A model generated the notes under the pieces. The model searched no databases. It saw only the letters and a program-made list of their open reading frames with translations, and was not told the origin of the DNA. Made by a program: the position numbers and the translations under genes. This document shows positions 35,878-46,280 of a DNA stretch of 61,421 bases, piece after piece. The number at the start of each line of letters is the position of its first letter. Position 1 is the first letter of the stretch. This DNA is from Pseudomonadota bacterium (lineage in GTDB: Bacteria; Bdellovibrionota; FAC87; UBA2466). The DNA lies in NCBI GenBank assembly GCA_009927005.1, contig RFNV01000191.1, forward strand, positions 1 to 61,421, in the 5' to 3' direction.

Positions 35878-37478
35878 AAAGAGAAGTCGAATAAAAGAGG
35901 TTCGACGCCTTTGTGCCAGAAATGGGATCCTACTACGATGAGAGCGCCACTCGTGACGCAGAGAACGAGATAATACGTCGATTTTAAAATCGCGTTTGGG
36001 AGTAACTCGGCATCTTTAGATCTTACTTCCAGAGCAAAGTTGTTGCTGGACCATTTCCTAAGAAATCGCTTGAGGAGTTTTGGAAACGTCTCAAGAGTGT
36101 CTTGAAGGTCGCGAGCTAGGATCAAGAGATCTTTTGTCACTCTTTCTTTGCTGTACCGAGAAGCTACCACTTCTTTGGCCAGCCGGTTTCCCAGTTGAAG
36201 AATATCGAAATCAGGGTCTAACTTTTTAGCCAGACCATCAACAGTCATGATGGCTCTAAAAAGAAGCATCAACTCTCTCGGTACTTTCAACCGGTGCTTT
36301 GCTGCAATACTTGTCGACTGGAGGAGTAACTTCCCGACATTTACTTCTCCCAGAACTAAGCCTACGTAGGGAGAGATGGTGTCCATTAAATCTTTCTGTA
36401 ACTGAGAAATATCCGTATCCCCGTCGGGACTACAAAGAGTGACATACTCAGTAGCGAGCGTTTCATAGTCTTCATCCATGATAGCAATAAACATGGAAAT
36501 GATGCTGTCCTGAACTCTGCGACTGAGACGGCCTACGATTCCAAAGTCGATGATGCCAATTCTACCGTCTGTAAGAACAAACAAATTACCTGCATGCAAA
36601 TCACCATGGAACAAGCCGTTTCGCATGACCATTTGGAAAAAAGCATCTGCTCCGGTCTCAATGATTTTTCTGGGATCAATTCCCTGAGAAAGAATTTTTT
36701 CTCGGTCTGAAAATCGTATTCCATCGAATTTTTCGAGCACGAGGACTTTTTGTGTGGAGAACTCCGAGTAGACTTCGGGAATCGCGACTTGGGTCGATTT
36801 GACCAACTGACTCTTAATCTTTCGAATATTGTTTGCCTCGACTCTGAAATCGAGTTCAAACAAAATCGAGTGAAAAAATTCCTCAACTAATCCCTGGGGG
36901 TTAAACGGTTTTGTCTCTGGAATGGTACTTTCCAGAAGATTGGCAAGGCCCCTTAAAATCGAAATGTCTGTATGGAGAATTTTGTCGATGCCAGGACGCT
37001 GAATTTTTACGGCAACAGATTGGCCCGACTTTAAGACGGCTGAGTGCACTTGAGCAATACTGGCTGCAGCCAGCGGTTCTTCGTCAAAGCTTGAGAACAC
37101 TTCAGTGAGGGGTCTTTTGAGTTCGGCTTCTAGCTGTTCTTTTATTTCACTAAAGGGCAGAGTCGCTACTTGATCTTGGAGTTTTGAAAATTCGTCTACG
37201 AATACTTCCGGGATTAGATCGGGTCGAGAAGCCATTAATTGGCCAAGCTTGACGAATCCTGGACCGAGTTTTTCAAAAGCAATTCGAAGCCGCATCGGCA
37301 AGGGGAGATCTTTGTAACCCGGATCTTCAGTCTGCCGTTCCGGTAAAAACCGATTGAGCTTCATTCGATTCATGAGATCGAGAAAGCCAGTACTTACAAG
37401 AACAGCCAAAATTTCGCGGACTCGTCCGGCATTTTTAAAGGCTTGGGAAATACCGGCTGCAGTTGAAATAACTTTCAT
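35799..37478 (-). CDS. ubiB: ABC1/UbiB family atypical kinase
   Basis: FEKLGPGFVKLGQLMASRPDLIP, PLAAASIAQVH, HGDLHAGN and IDFG motifs, with C-terminal TM helices. Confidence 0.9.
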   Translation of the reverse strand: MKVISTAAGISQAFKNAGRVREILAVLVSTGFLDLMNRMKLNRFLPERQTEDPGYKDLPLPMRLRIAFEKLGPGFVKLGQLMASRPDLIPEVFVDEFSKLQDQVATLPFSEIKEQLEAELKRPLTEVFSSFDEEPLAAASIAQVHSAVLKSGQSVAVKIQRPGIDKILHTDISILRGLANLLESTIPETKPFNPQGLVEEFFHSILFELDFRVEANNIRKIKSQLVKSTQVAIPEVYSEFSTQKVLVLEKFDGIRFSDREKILSQGIDPRKIIETGADAFFQMVMRNGLFHGDLHAGNLFVLTDGRIGIIDFGIVGRLSRRVQDSIISMFIAIMDEDYETLATEYVTLCSPDGDTDISQLQKDLMDTISPYVGLVLGEVNVGKLLLQSTSIAAKHRLKVPRELMLLFRAIMTVDGLAKKLDPDFDILQLGNRLAKEVVASRYSKERVTKDLLILARDLQDTLETFPKLLKRFLRKWSSNNFALEVRSKDAELLPNAILKSTYYLVLCVTSGALIVVGSHFWHKGVEPLLFDFSLWSAVSWAAAFYLLGSGLWSLSKHKS

Positions 37479-39460
37479 GGATTCTCAGTCAGGGGGAAAA
37501 ACGTGATTTCATTATCCTCGACATTGACGTCAGCGACTTGGATCTCCATCGGATCTCCAATGCTGATCGTGGTGTGTCCGGGACGGCGCCTCAGGCAACC
37601 ACGTCTTTCATCAAACTCGTAGTACCCATGAAGAGACTCAATGGGCACGAAACCTTCTATCGCATAATCCGAAAGTTCAATGAACAGTCCCTTCGCAATC
37701 ACCCCAGAAACGGTTCCTTTTAAAGGTTCCCCCAGTTTATCGGCCATAAACCAACACTGTTTCCTGCGAGTGATAAATCGCTCTGCTTCCATCGCGCGGC
37801 GCTCTCGCTCCGAAGTGAGTTCCCCCAATTTAACTAATGCTTCGGAGTTATTGTTCTTATCGGCAATTTGGTGTCGAAGAATGAAGCTCTTTAGGGAGCG
37901 GTGCACAATCAAATCTGGGTACCTGCGAATGGGGGAAGTAAAATGCGTATAATCGGTCAGAGATAAGCCGAAATGCCCTTTAGGGTCTGGTTCATATCGA
38001 GCTTGTTTTTGAGCCCTGAGAATCGCTTTGTGGAGCGTATGAGCGCCTTTTTGACCTGAGGTTTTCAGTAGGACCTTGGAAAAGGCCAGGGGCGATACTT
38101 CTTTAATCATGAGACTGAATCCCAAGCTCTTCATAAGCTGATTCAGCTCTTCGATGCTTTCTATCACTGGAGCTTCGTGAACTCGGTAAAGGGATGGGCA
38201 GCCGTTTTCTTTGAGTTCTTTTGCTACTACCGAATTGGCCATAACCATGAATTCTTCGATGAGGCGGTGGGCCTCCCAAGAAGGAAAGGGATAAGCTTTG
38301 ATGGGGCGTCCCTCTTTGTCTAATTCAAATCGACATTCGGGAAGTTGAAAATCTAAGACCCCTCTTTCTTTGCGTTGAGCTAATAAAAGATTAAACAACT
38401 TTTTCGCGCTCTCTAAAGGTCGATGACAATCGGAAGGGACTGCTTCCAGGTTTCCGGAAAACCAATGGTGCACTTTGGTGTAGGTAAGCCGTGCGATTGT
38501 TTTTATTATTCCCTCATAAAAGTGCGTGCTCAGGATATCGCCTCTTCGATTGAAGTTTATTTCAGCGACCAAGACTAACTTGTCTGTTTGGGGATTAAGA
38601 CTGCAGAGATCATTCGATAAATCTTCCGGAAGCATGGGAATACAATAGCCTGGAAAATAAATGCTGGTACTTCGACGTTTAGCTTCTTCGTCCAATTGAG
38701 AACCCGGTCTTACAAAGTAGCTGACGTCTGCAATAGCTACGAAAAGCTGGATTTCTCCCGTTTCCTGTTTCTCTAGAACACAAATCGCATCATCAAAATC
38801 TTTGGCGTCTTCACCATCAATCGTCACAAAGGGAAGATTCCGGAGATCTTTTCTCTGAGGGGAGGGTTTTTGGATTTCCAGCAACGAAGCCTGCCTTAAG
38901 TCTTCAATTTCATTCAGCGCAGCTGGCGGGAAAGATTCCTCAATCCCAAAACGAGAAATGGTGATGAGGTGATCAAATTTAGGAGTCAACGTTTGGCCTA
39001 ATTTATCAGTGATACTAGCAACGCCCATTTCTCTATCACTGGGGTAACGTTTAAGAGTCGCGATTACCCACGAACCCAAAAGATTTTTTTCTCCGTTATC
39101 AAGTGAGATAAGATCGCCCTCAGAAGTCTCCATGAAAAACTGTCGATGAGAACCCTGAACTTTGCCTAAAACTTTTTTGCAAGCCCGCTCGAGAATTTTA
39201 ACAATAAGAGCACTCGATCTTTTTCCTTGCTGCTCCACCTGATATTCAACGATGTCCCCGTTCATTAAAGCGCGAGCTTCTCTCGGAGAGACATAAGTAT
39301 CGGGTAAAGTATTGTCGTGAGGGATAACAAAAGCAAAACCGCGTTGGTTCTTTTGCACTCGCCCTATGAAGCTGCCACGACTGCGCTTAGCTTGTTTGGG
39401 CTTGAATTGGGTTTTTTTCTGGCTTCTCGAGCGTGAAAAGAAGCGTTTTTTCTTTCGCAC
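37475..39460 (-). CDS. rnr: Ribonuclease R (RNB family 3'-5' exoribonuclease with S1 domain)
   Basis: LPFVTIDGEDAKDFDDAICV, HFGL..YTHFTSPIRRYPDLIVHR and a C-terminal S1 domain (GTVSGVIAKGLFIEL). Confidence 0.9.
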   Translation of the reverse strand: MRKKKRFFSRSRSQKKTQFKPKQAKRSRGSFIGRVQKNQRGFAFVIPHDNTLPDTYVSPREARALMNGDIVEYQVEQQGKRSSALIVKILERACKKVLGKVQGSHRQFFMETSEGDLISLDNGEKNLLGSWVIATLKRYPSDREMGVASITDKLGQTLTPKFDHLITISRFGIEESFPPAALNEIEDLRQASLLEIQKPSPQRKDLRNLPFVTIDGEDAKDFDDAICVLEKQETGEIQLFVAIADVSYFVRPGSQLDEEAKRRSTSIYFPGYCIPMLPEDLSNDLCSLNPQTDKLVLVAEINFNRRGDILSTHFYEGIIKTIARLTYTKVHHWFSGNLEAVPSDCHRPLESAKKLFNLLLAQRKERGVLDFQLPECRFELDKEGRPIKAYPFPSWEAHRLIEEFMVMANSVVAKELKENGCPSLYRVHEAPVIESIEELNQLMKSLGFSLMIKEVSPLAFSKVLLKTSGQKGAHTLHKAILRAQKQARYEPDPKGHFGLSLTDYTHFTSPIRRYPDLIVHRSLKSFILRHQIADKNNNSEALVKLGELTSERERRAMEAERFITRRKQCWFMADKLGEPLKGTVSGVIAKGLFIELSDYAIEGFVPIESLHGYYEFDERRGCLRRRPGHTTISIGDPMEIQVADVNVEDNEITFFPLTENP

Positions 39461-39501
39461 AGAGAAGAAGTATGCCTGCTTCCGTTACAGAGGTAAATCA
39501 A

Positions 39502-40476
39502 TTATCTGTAAGGAGGAAGAAGGCTAGCTGGATTGGCTCCTTTTTGGGGCTTATCGAAACTCGCACCCAAGGAAGGAGGAAGACCATTTTGAGCTCTGGG
39601 ATCGAACTGAGGAGCTTTTGCTGGTGCCTCACTGGCGATCACACGGGGTTCCACCTTTATTTCCATTGTCGGTAAAAGAGGGGCTTCATTGCTCGAGAGA
39701 GTAGGGGCTTCTGGCTTATTGTTAAGTTGAGGAGCCACTGATGCGACAGGCTGAGAGGGCTCAACTTCCCCCGTTGTGAAATTCACCCGAGGGTGTACGC
39801 GGGATTGAGCCGGGTAGCACACGATTCCTTCTTTCATTTCATTTTGAGCCGCAGAAGGATCTTTGACTTCCAAAGGAATAGCGCTGGAACCCTTCCAAGG
39901 AAAATAAGCGACTGAAGCACTCATTTTTGCATTTGAAGGGAAACAAAAAATGGGTTCAGAAGTTTTTGGGGTAGCTTTTGCTTTTTCAGCCGTAGAAGCA
40001 ACTTCTCGGTGTGCTTCCATTGGATTTCGCGAGTGGGCTCGAGGAGAACCGCTTGGAAATACATCCACGACCAATCGGGTCGGTTGTGAAAGCCAAAAAG
40101 CATCGACTTGGGCTTCGGAGTTTTTCAGTAGAGTCCGTAAGCTGAATCCATTTTTGGGCATATCGGTGTTGATAGATAGGGGGCCTATCCATTTTCGGCT
40201 ACCTTCAAGACTTTCGTTGATGGTGCTTTCAGGAACAGCGCCGACAAGCTGAGCATTTTTTACTACCAGCGAAACGTCTTTTTCTGATCCAACTTTATTT
40301 GTTTTCATTTCAACTTCTTCTGATACGGCTGGCCCGCTGAACTCAAGAACCAATCTCTCAAAATTTGCAGAAGAATGTTTACGAAATCTAAATTTTTTCA
40401 TCATCAGCTCTGTTTGAGCCATGGAAGACACCGAAACCAGTGCGGTTAGTACCATTAATGAGATTTGACGATTCAT
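39502..40476 (-). CDS. Secreted protein with AMIN-like N-terminal domain and Pro/Ala-rich tail
   Basis: Start moved to MNRQISLMVLTALVSVSSMAQ. FERLVLEFSG..VSLVVKNAQL resembles AMIN domains. The C-terminus is low-complexity and P/A/S-rich. Confidence 0.4.
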   Translation of the reverse strand: MNRQISLMVLTALVSVSSMAQTELMMKKFRFRKHSSANFERLVLEFSGPAVSEEVEMKTNKVGSEKDVSLVVKNAQLVGAVPESTINESLEGSRKWIGPLSINTDMPKNGFSLRTLLKNSEAQVDAFWLSQPTRLVVDVFPSGSPRAHSRNPMEAHREVASTAEKAKATPKTSEPIFCFPSNAKMSASVAYFPWKGSSAIPLEVKDPSAAQNEMKEGIVCYPAQSRVHPRVNFTTGEVEPSQPVASVAPQLNNKPEAPTLSSNEAPLLPTMEIKVEPRVIASEAPAKAPQFDPRAQNGLPPSLGASFDKPQKGANPASLLPPYR

Positions 40477-40575
40477 GACAGACCTCTGCATAAGTTTATG
40501 TTGACTCTCTCCTTCTCGGTTATTTGTGCTAAGATCTTTAAAAAAGAGAAGCAAAGCACAAAAAAGGGCAACGCT

Positions 40576-40983
40576 ATGGGTAAATTAGGCGCACTTTTAA
40601 TTGGGGTGATTCTGGTTCTTCAGGCGGCGTGTAGCTCCAGCCCTACGGTACCAAACCCTGTTAGTGAGTCAGACATTTTAGAGCCAGCGGATGCTCCGTC
40701 ATCGGAAATCGTAGCCCTTCCTTCGCCTCAACTTGAGAAAGTGCTGCAGCTTCTGACCAGTCTTGGTTACCAAGGTATCGGATTAGAATATGAAGATGAG
40801 GCAACCCTGAAATTTTTAGAGGCAGTGTTCTCGTCACCGAAAGTGCGCAATCGCAAAATAGCGTTGGTATACACGGGAATGCAATACTCTTACGATAAAG
40901 AACAACAGTCCCTGACTTTAGGGGAAGATGAAAAAGTAGCCAAAGCCCTTCGATTCATCGAAAAAAATGTACCTATCCGATGA
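40576..40983 (+). CDS. Small lipoprotein, unknown function
   Basis: Start moved to MGKLGALLIGVILVLQAACSS (lipobox). The 3' end overlaps the convergent SDR gene by 11 nt. Confidence 0.5.
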   Translation: MGKLGALLIGVILVLQAACSSSPTVPNPVSESDILEPADAPSSEIVALPSPQLEKVLQLLTSLGYQGIGLEYEDEATLKFLEAVFSSPKVRNRKIALVYTGMQYSYDKEQQSLTLGEDEKVAKALRFIEKNVPIR

Positions 40984-41767
40984 CATCTTCGGCGCCATCA
41001 ACGCCTAAGACGTTTCCAGAAATCCAAGCCGCTTCGTTGTGCATTAGCAAAGCAACTACATCCGCAACATCTTTTGGGGTCGTGAGTCTTTTGTTGGGAT
41101 TTCTCTGAAGAGCCGTTTCTATCATCACGTCATTTCCAGGAATTTTTCTTAATGCAGGGGTATCGGTAACGCCTGCGCGGATTGCATTTGCCGTCACTCC
41201 GAAGGGCGCTAATTCCAGAGCCAGTTGACGACAATGAGATTCGAGTGCGGCTTTAGCAGCTGACACTGGACCGTAGGTTGGCCAAACTCGTGTGCCGCCA
41301 GAAGAAGTCATCGCGAAGACTCTGCCGCCTTGAGCTAGAAGATTCTTCTTAAAAAGATCCTGAGTCCAATAAACTAAACTATTAGCCATTACATCCATGG
41401 TCATTTCGAGCGCATCTTGAGAAACATGCTCTTTATCTTCTTTAGACAGAAAGGGTTTAAGGCTTCCGAAGGCCAGAGAATGCACTAAGCAGTGAATTCC
41501 CTGGGGAGCGGCTTTCTGTAATTCTTGAACTACTTCCGCTCTCTTTTCTTTATCCGCAGCGTTTCCGTTGAAAAAAAGTGCCTGAACGCCTTTGCCTTTG
41601 ATCTGTGAAATAATTTCCTCTACATGGGGAAGAGTTCCTTTTCGATCCAAATGAACCCCACAGATATTGACTCCCTCTTCCGCAAGCCGAAGAGAAATGG
41701 CTTCTCCAAATCCACTTGAAGCCCCTAAAACCAACGCCCACTTTCCTTTAATAGATGATAACGACAT
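40973..41767 (-). CDS. Short-chain dehydrogenase/reductase (FabL-like enoyl-ACP-reductase-type SDR)
   Basis: ALVLGASSGFGEA (TGxxxGxG-type) and the YGPVSAAKAAL (YxxxK) catalytic motif. Confidence 0.8.
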   Translation of the reverse strand: MSLSSIKGKWALVLGASSGFGEAISLRLAEEGVNICGVHLDRKGTLPHVEEIISQIKGKGVQALFFNGNAADKEKRAEVVQELQKAAPQGIHCLVHSLAFGSLKPFLSKEDKEHVSQDALEMTMDVMANSLVYWTQDLFKKNLLAQGGRVFAMTSSGGTRVWPTYGPVSAAKAALESHCRQLALELAPFGVTANAIRAGVTDTPALRKIPGNDVMIETALQRNPNKRLTTPKDVADVVALLMHNEAAWISGNVLGVDGAEDVIG

Positions 41768-41782
41768 TCTTTCTCCTCAGTT

Positions 41783-43144
41783 TTAAGATTTCTTCTCGTC
41801 CACTTTCGGTGAATTTGTTTCGAGAAAATCCTCTTGCACTAAATTTAATTGCTTGAACCCTTCTTGCGATAAAACCCATGAGCCAATCAAATGATTGCTG
41901 ACCCCAACCACATCCTCTGTTTTTCGTGGGGCAAATTCAACTCGAGCAACTGAAACGTCTTTTTCCTCTTGTTTTTCAAACAACTCGATAATCAAAGCTG
42001 GATTTTTGTCTTTTTTTGCATCCGTAAATCTTGTGATTTTAGAGTCCTGGAGCTGAGTCAGAAATTTTTCCACTTTGCCTGGGTCTAACTTTCGTTCTGA
42101 CTTAACATCAGTGAATGTCCAAACCGGCCCCTCTTTTTTTAATTCAATAAAACCATTCCCACGTGAGATTTTAATTCGGTTAACTGCAAATCGATTAAAG
42201 TTAACGAGATGAAGGTCTTTTAGCGTTACAGCACTCTTCGAGAGTTCCCTCAGGACGTTTTTATCAACTTCATAAATCAGTGGCTTATCATCCCGTTTGG
42301 CAAAAACCTTTCCTTGAGTTTGGGAAAAAAAGATACCCAACTTGGCTTTTTCATGACCCGCAGAGAGCCAGGTTTTCACTGCGGGTTTGTCGAGACGGTA
42401 CGCTGCTAGTTCAGCTTTTTCAGAAGCGATGTTGGTAGCCTTCAGGTCTATGAGAGTGTTTAAAGTCTTTCCCCATTCTGCTGTGTCAACAGCACTTCCG
42501 TCTCGCCCTAAAATCCACTTATCTTCAGCATTTCGATTTACAACGATTTGTCCAGAAGAGTTATGAATTTCAACTTCTTTCAAATCGCTTTTTTTAATGG
42601 TTACAAGGTTTTTATTTCTTAATTCAAAGAGGCTTTTTTGAAAGCTCGAAAGCAAAGAACGGTTTACTTTAGAAACTTGCTGGCTGGCTGAAGTTCTGAC
42701 GTAAACACTAAATCCGACTTGAGTTTGGCTACCAACAAAGATTTCTTGAGTCGTGTTTGCATCTTTGGCCACTCGAATGATTAGGGTGGGCTTTTCTAAA
42801 CCGAAGACCTCCAAGTTTTTGGGATCGTCTTCTACGATACGTTCTTGTTCACTTGAGGTTAGAGTCGTCAACAAAGAGTTTATAACCCCTGAATCTGCAA
42901 GATCCTCCACGGGAGAGGTTAACAACCATTCGTCCCCTGAGCGCTTGAGTTTAAAACTGGAATCGGAGCTGTGAGTAATCTCTATTTCTTGGATTTCATC
43001 TTTTTTGAATTGAAGGAGACGTTTTGAGCTGCTTTCGTCGGTGACTCTCTTAACTCTTATCTGTTTCTCGTAAACAACATACCAGGCCGTCAGCCCAGAC
43101 AAAAAAAGAAACAACAAAGAGGTTGTGGATAACCGAGCCTTCAT
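41783..43144 (-). CDS. DUF4340-like membrane-anchored protein
   Basis: One N-terminal TM helix. Repeated units of the type ..EIEI...FKLKRSGDEWLLTSP..ADSGVINSLLTTL..FGLEKPTLII resemble DUF4340. Confidence 0.55.
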   Translation of the reverse strand: MKARLSTTSLLFLFLSGLTAWYVVYEKQIRVKRVTDESSSKRLLQFKKDEIQEIEITHSSDSSFKLKRSGDEWLLTSPVEDLADSGVINSLLTTLTSSEQERIVEDDPKNLEVFGLEKPTLIIRVAKDANTTQEIFVGSQTQVGFSVYVRTSASQQVSKVNRSLLSSFQKSLFELRNKNLVTIKKSDLKEVEIHNSSGQIVVNRNAEDKWILGRDGSAVDTAEWGKTLNTLIDLKATNIASEKAELAAYRLDKPAVKTWLSAGHEKAKLGIFFSQTQGKVFAKRDDKPLIYEVDKNVLRELSKSAVTLKDLHLVNFNRFAVNRIKISRGNGFIELKKEGPVWTFTDVKSERKLDPGKVEKFLTQLQDSKITRFTDAKKDKNPALIIELFEKQEEKDVSVARVEFAPRKTEDVVGVSNHLIGSWVLSQEGFKQLNLVQEDFLETNSPKVDEKKS

Positions 43145-43165
43145 AAGAACGGTGAAAAGCTTATG

Positions 43166-43402
43166 TTATTCGCCACCAATTTGATCGATATCAGCTTCAA
43201 CAGACTTAGCGACGGAGCCCCCAGCAATTTCTCGCAGGGCAATAACAGCAGGTTTGTTGTGGGGGTTATGGATCAGAGGCAGTGAGCCTTTTGCCAACTG
43301 CTTTACTCGTTTTGCAGCGATGTGAATGAGCTCAAAGCGATTTGGAATTTTTTCTAGGCAATCTTCAACGGTAACTCGGGCCACTTGGATCTCCCTTGGC
43401 AA
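43166..43402 (-). CDS. rpoZ: DNA-directed RNA polymerase subunit omega
   Basis: [29 protein letters not shown] is the canonical RpoZ N-terminus. Confidence 0.9.
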   Translation of the reverse strand: MPREIQVARVTVEDCLEKIPNRFELIHIAAKRVKQLAKGSLPLIHNPHNKPAVIALREIAGGSVAKSVEADIDQIGGE

Positions 43403-43518
43403 TAAGTTTTAGATACGCATCCTATGGAAATGATTGAATTAGTCAACCTTTCAGAGGGGAGGGGCTTTGGCTCAGCCAAGGGCATATAAAAGCCCTGTAA
43501 TAACAATGGCTTAAGTCG

Positions 43519-44775
43519 TTAGGCTTCGGTCTTTTCCAATGCTTTCCGGATTCTTTCCCAATGTGTCTTGAGAAGATCGGGTGAAACCGTAAGTCTTTTG
43601 GAGGGACTGAACCGAAAATGATTGTCGGCTTCGATGAGAACAGAAAGGGAGTCTCCGAATCCCGAACAGTTTTTATCTTGGAGTAGTTCCCGGGCAAGAT
43701 TGGAGGCCATTGAAAGAAACTCTTCCCAATTTTGACTCTTCAGCGCCGAAGAAGCCTTTTTGAGAGCCTGTTTGCGACGAACATGGGGGTCTTTCTTCGC
43801 ACGCTCTTGGTAAAACCGAAATTGGACAACCCAAATTCTGCTAAAAAGAAGCAAAAAAATCCCGGCCTGAAAAAACCAAAACCAAAAAGACTTATTAAGT
43901 GAAAAACGAGTTGTCCATTTCGCTTCCGGGAAAAACAGAATGGCACTCATTCTCAAAATGTTTTGAGGCAGAGAGGTTTCTGGAAGTTCCACAAAGCGAA
44001 TTGCTGGAAAAGTAATCAGTTGGTATTCTTTTTTCTCGGGATGAAAAGTTAAAAAAGACCCAGGTGACCATTCAGTTAATGTCTCTTTGTCAGTACTGAG
44101 AACCCACTCAAACACTTTTTTCGAGCGGCCAGGTAAGGTTTCCGAAAAACTGTTTGTAGAAATGAGGGTCATTTCGCCTAAATGCCCTAGCGGGAGAGAG
44201 TTAACTTCCGAGAAGTTACCATCTCCTTGAAGTTCCGCGCGAAGGAGAAAGGGTTGGTTTTTTCTAAAAGAAATTTGGGTTTGATTAATTTTTAGTGAAA
44301 ACAACCCAACTGCGCCTGAAAACGGAAAAGGTTTGAGGTGGTTTGGGATCTGAGGGAGATCCATCGGAGGAGGAAAGGTGCCTTCAGAAGTGAGCGTTAC
44401 CGGTTTTTCACCAAAGGCCTTCACCAAAATTTTCATCGGCTCCAACTTTGGTGTCCGAATTCCCATCATGGAATTAAGCAAATAAGATCCCACCAGAGCC
44501 ATGGCCCGTTTTCTCTTGGGGTCCTGAACGGGCATTAAATGGACGGGACCTTGTCGTAAGACAAGGTTTTCGCTCCAAAAGCCACGAAACTCTGGAAACT
44601 TCATCACTTCAATTTCAACAGCCCGCTCGTGCGGGGACTCTAGAATAAAATTAGCAGTTACCATCTCGCCCTGAAAAACCTTCGCTTTGGAAAGTTCTAC
44701 CCGAAAGGTAAATGAGGTATCTGTTTCGCCCCTAGCAAACGAAGTGAAAAGAAAAAGAATGAGCGAGATTACCAT
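43519..44775 (-). CDS. BatD-like (oxygen-tolerance family) membrane protein
   Basis: Signal peptide, an Ig-like N-terminal region (FRVELSKAKVFQGEMVTANFILES), a late TM helix and a helical tail. It is the last gene of the MoxR-DUF58-VWA operon. Confidence 0.6.
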   Translation of the reverse strand: MVISLILFLFTSFARGETDTSFTFRVELSKAKVFQGEMVTANFILESPHERAVEIEVMKFPEFRGFWSENLVLRQGPVHLMPVQDPKRKRAMALVGSYLLNSMMGIRTPKLEPMKILVKAFGEKPVTLTSEGTFPPPMDLPQIPNHLKPFPFSGAVGLFSLKINQTQISFRKNQPFLLRAELQGDGNFSEVNSLPLGHLGEMTLISTNSFSETLPGRSKKVFEWVLSTDKETLTEWSPGSFLTFHPEKKEYQLITFPAIRFVELPETSLPQNILRMSAILFFPEAKWTTRFSLNKSFWFWFFQAGIFLLLFSRIWVVQFRFYQERAKKDPHVRRKQALKKASSALKSQNWEEFLSMASNLARELLQDKNCSGFGDSLSVLIEADNHFRFSPSKRLTVSPDLLKTHWERIRKALEKTEA

Positions 44776-46280
44776 GGGTGCATCTCCAAATTCTGGGCTG
44801 GCTGGTTCTGCTCCCGTAGGCGCTTTAATGTCTGCTTTTCTTCACTGGTGATCAAATCGTAGAGCTTTTGCTTTTGTTGATCCGTGAGTGACTCGCCTTG
44901 ATATTTTTGCGGTCCTTTGGGATCCTTTCCATTCGTTTGGTCTCCATCTCCCTTTTCATTGGAGCCTTGAGGCCGGCTCTGCTTCTTCATCTCTTCGAGC
45001 ACTTTTGACGCCAAGGCCATATTGTCCGAAATGTTTTTATTCGCGGACTCCTCAAACGTCGCATTAGATGAATGAATGCGAAAGGCCTTTTGATAGGACT
45101 CCAAAGCTTGTTCGGGATCTCCCATTTTAAGGAAGGCATTTCCCAGATTATAGAGCGCTTTCTTTTTTTGATTGGCATCCTGAAGAATCAGAGAGCTTTC
45201 CTCAAAGTATTCTGCGGCCTTCTCAAAGTTACTCAGATTGGTTTGTTCAATCCCTTTATTATAAATCTGAATTGCTTTGAGCTGATCATCATCAGCCAGT
45301 ACTGGATTCGCATGAGAAAGCGCAAAGCAAAAAATAAAAGCCCGAATGACGAATTGCCAGCGACCGAAGCAAAACTCCCAGAAGAAGAAAATGAGACTGG
45401 CAAAAAACAGAAGGGGGAACAATTCGCTTTTCACTTTGAAATGTCTATTTCTCTTACCTAACCTAAGAGTATGGTTGAGTTGATTTAGTAACAAGGGCAC
45501 GTTTTCATAAGTGCTTGAGAAGTAAGCTCCACCGGTCTCGGCAGCTATCATTTGAAGAGGCTTAGGGTCCAATTTCGTCACAATGGAGTTGTTAGGAAGA
45601 GAATCTAATCGGACTGGCGCCCCTTCCGGAGTCCCTATGCCGACCGTAAAAACCGGGATCCTTCTTTGTTTAAATGGTTTTAAAGTCTCTTTTCGAAGGG
45701 GCACATGAGATTCTCCGTCAGAGAAGAGAACGACTTTCGGAGGTTGCCATCCCTCGATTTGATCTTTTGAATTCACCTCGAGTTTAGCGAGAAGTTGTTC
45801 AAGGCCATCTAAGGATTCATTGAAGTCAGTTCCTTGGTGAGAAGTGGCTGAGGGGTCAAGAGATTGTAGAGAATCCTGAATGGCATAGATATCGGTAGTA
45901 AACGGCATCTGGAGAAACCCTGAGGCGGCAAAAGGGTAGATAGCAACTCTTGGGCGAGGGAGCCCTTCGATAATCCGCTGGATAAATGAAATGGAAAACC
46001 CAAGTCGAGTGGGGGTGATATCTTCTGCGAGCATGCTATTAGAAATATCTAGGGCAACCAGGAGTGTAGAAGCCAGCGGCTCGGGCTCGCCTTGAAAGGA
46101 GCCTACTTGCGGGCGTGTAAGGGCGAAAATACAAAATAAAAAACCTAAAATAGCGAACCAGAAGCGGCGCCAGGAAAACCATGGGTTTCGGAATCGGCAT
46201 CTCCAAATAAGATAGATCACAAAAAGTCCTAAGGGAATAAGACCCCACAAGGCTTCAGGCTGTGCGAGTCGAAAGTCCAT
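44769..46280 (-). CDS. VWA-domain protein fused to TPR repeats (BatB/BatC-like)
   Basis: N-terminal TM helices, VWA MIDAS DISNSM, a central TM helix and C-terminal TPR (ALYNLGNAFLKMGDPEQALESYQKA). Confidence 0.7.
   Translation of the reverse strand: MDFRLAQPEALWGLIPLGLFVIYLIWRCRFRNPWFSWRRFWFAILGFLFCIFALTRPQVGSFQGEPEPLASTLLVALDISNSMLAEDITPTRLGFSISFIQRIIEGLPRPRVAIYPFAASGFLQMPFTTDIYAIQDSLQSLDPSATSHQGTDFNESLDGLEQLLAKLEVNSKDQIEGWQPPKVVLFSDGESHVPLRKETLKPFKQRRIPVFTVGIGTPEGAPVRLDSLPNNSIVTKLDPKPLQMIAAETGGAYFSSTYENVPLLLNQLNHTLRLGKRNRHFKVKSELFPLLFFASLIFFFWEFCFGRWQFVIRAFIFCFALSHANPVLADDDQLKAIQIYNKGIEQTNLSNFEKAAEYFEESSLILQDANQKKKALYNLGNAFLKMGDPEQALESYQKAFRIHSSNATFEESANKNISDNMALASKVLEEMKKQSRPQGSNEKGDGDQTNGKDPKGPQKYQGESLTDQQKQKLYDLITSEEKQTLKRLREQNQPAQNLEMHPW

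Noticed and set aside
43443-43697. 84-aa minus-strand ORF between rpoZ and the BatD-like gene
   Set aside because: It overlaps the 3' end of the BatD-like gene in another frame and has no recognisable features.
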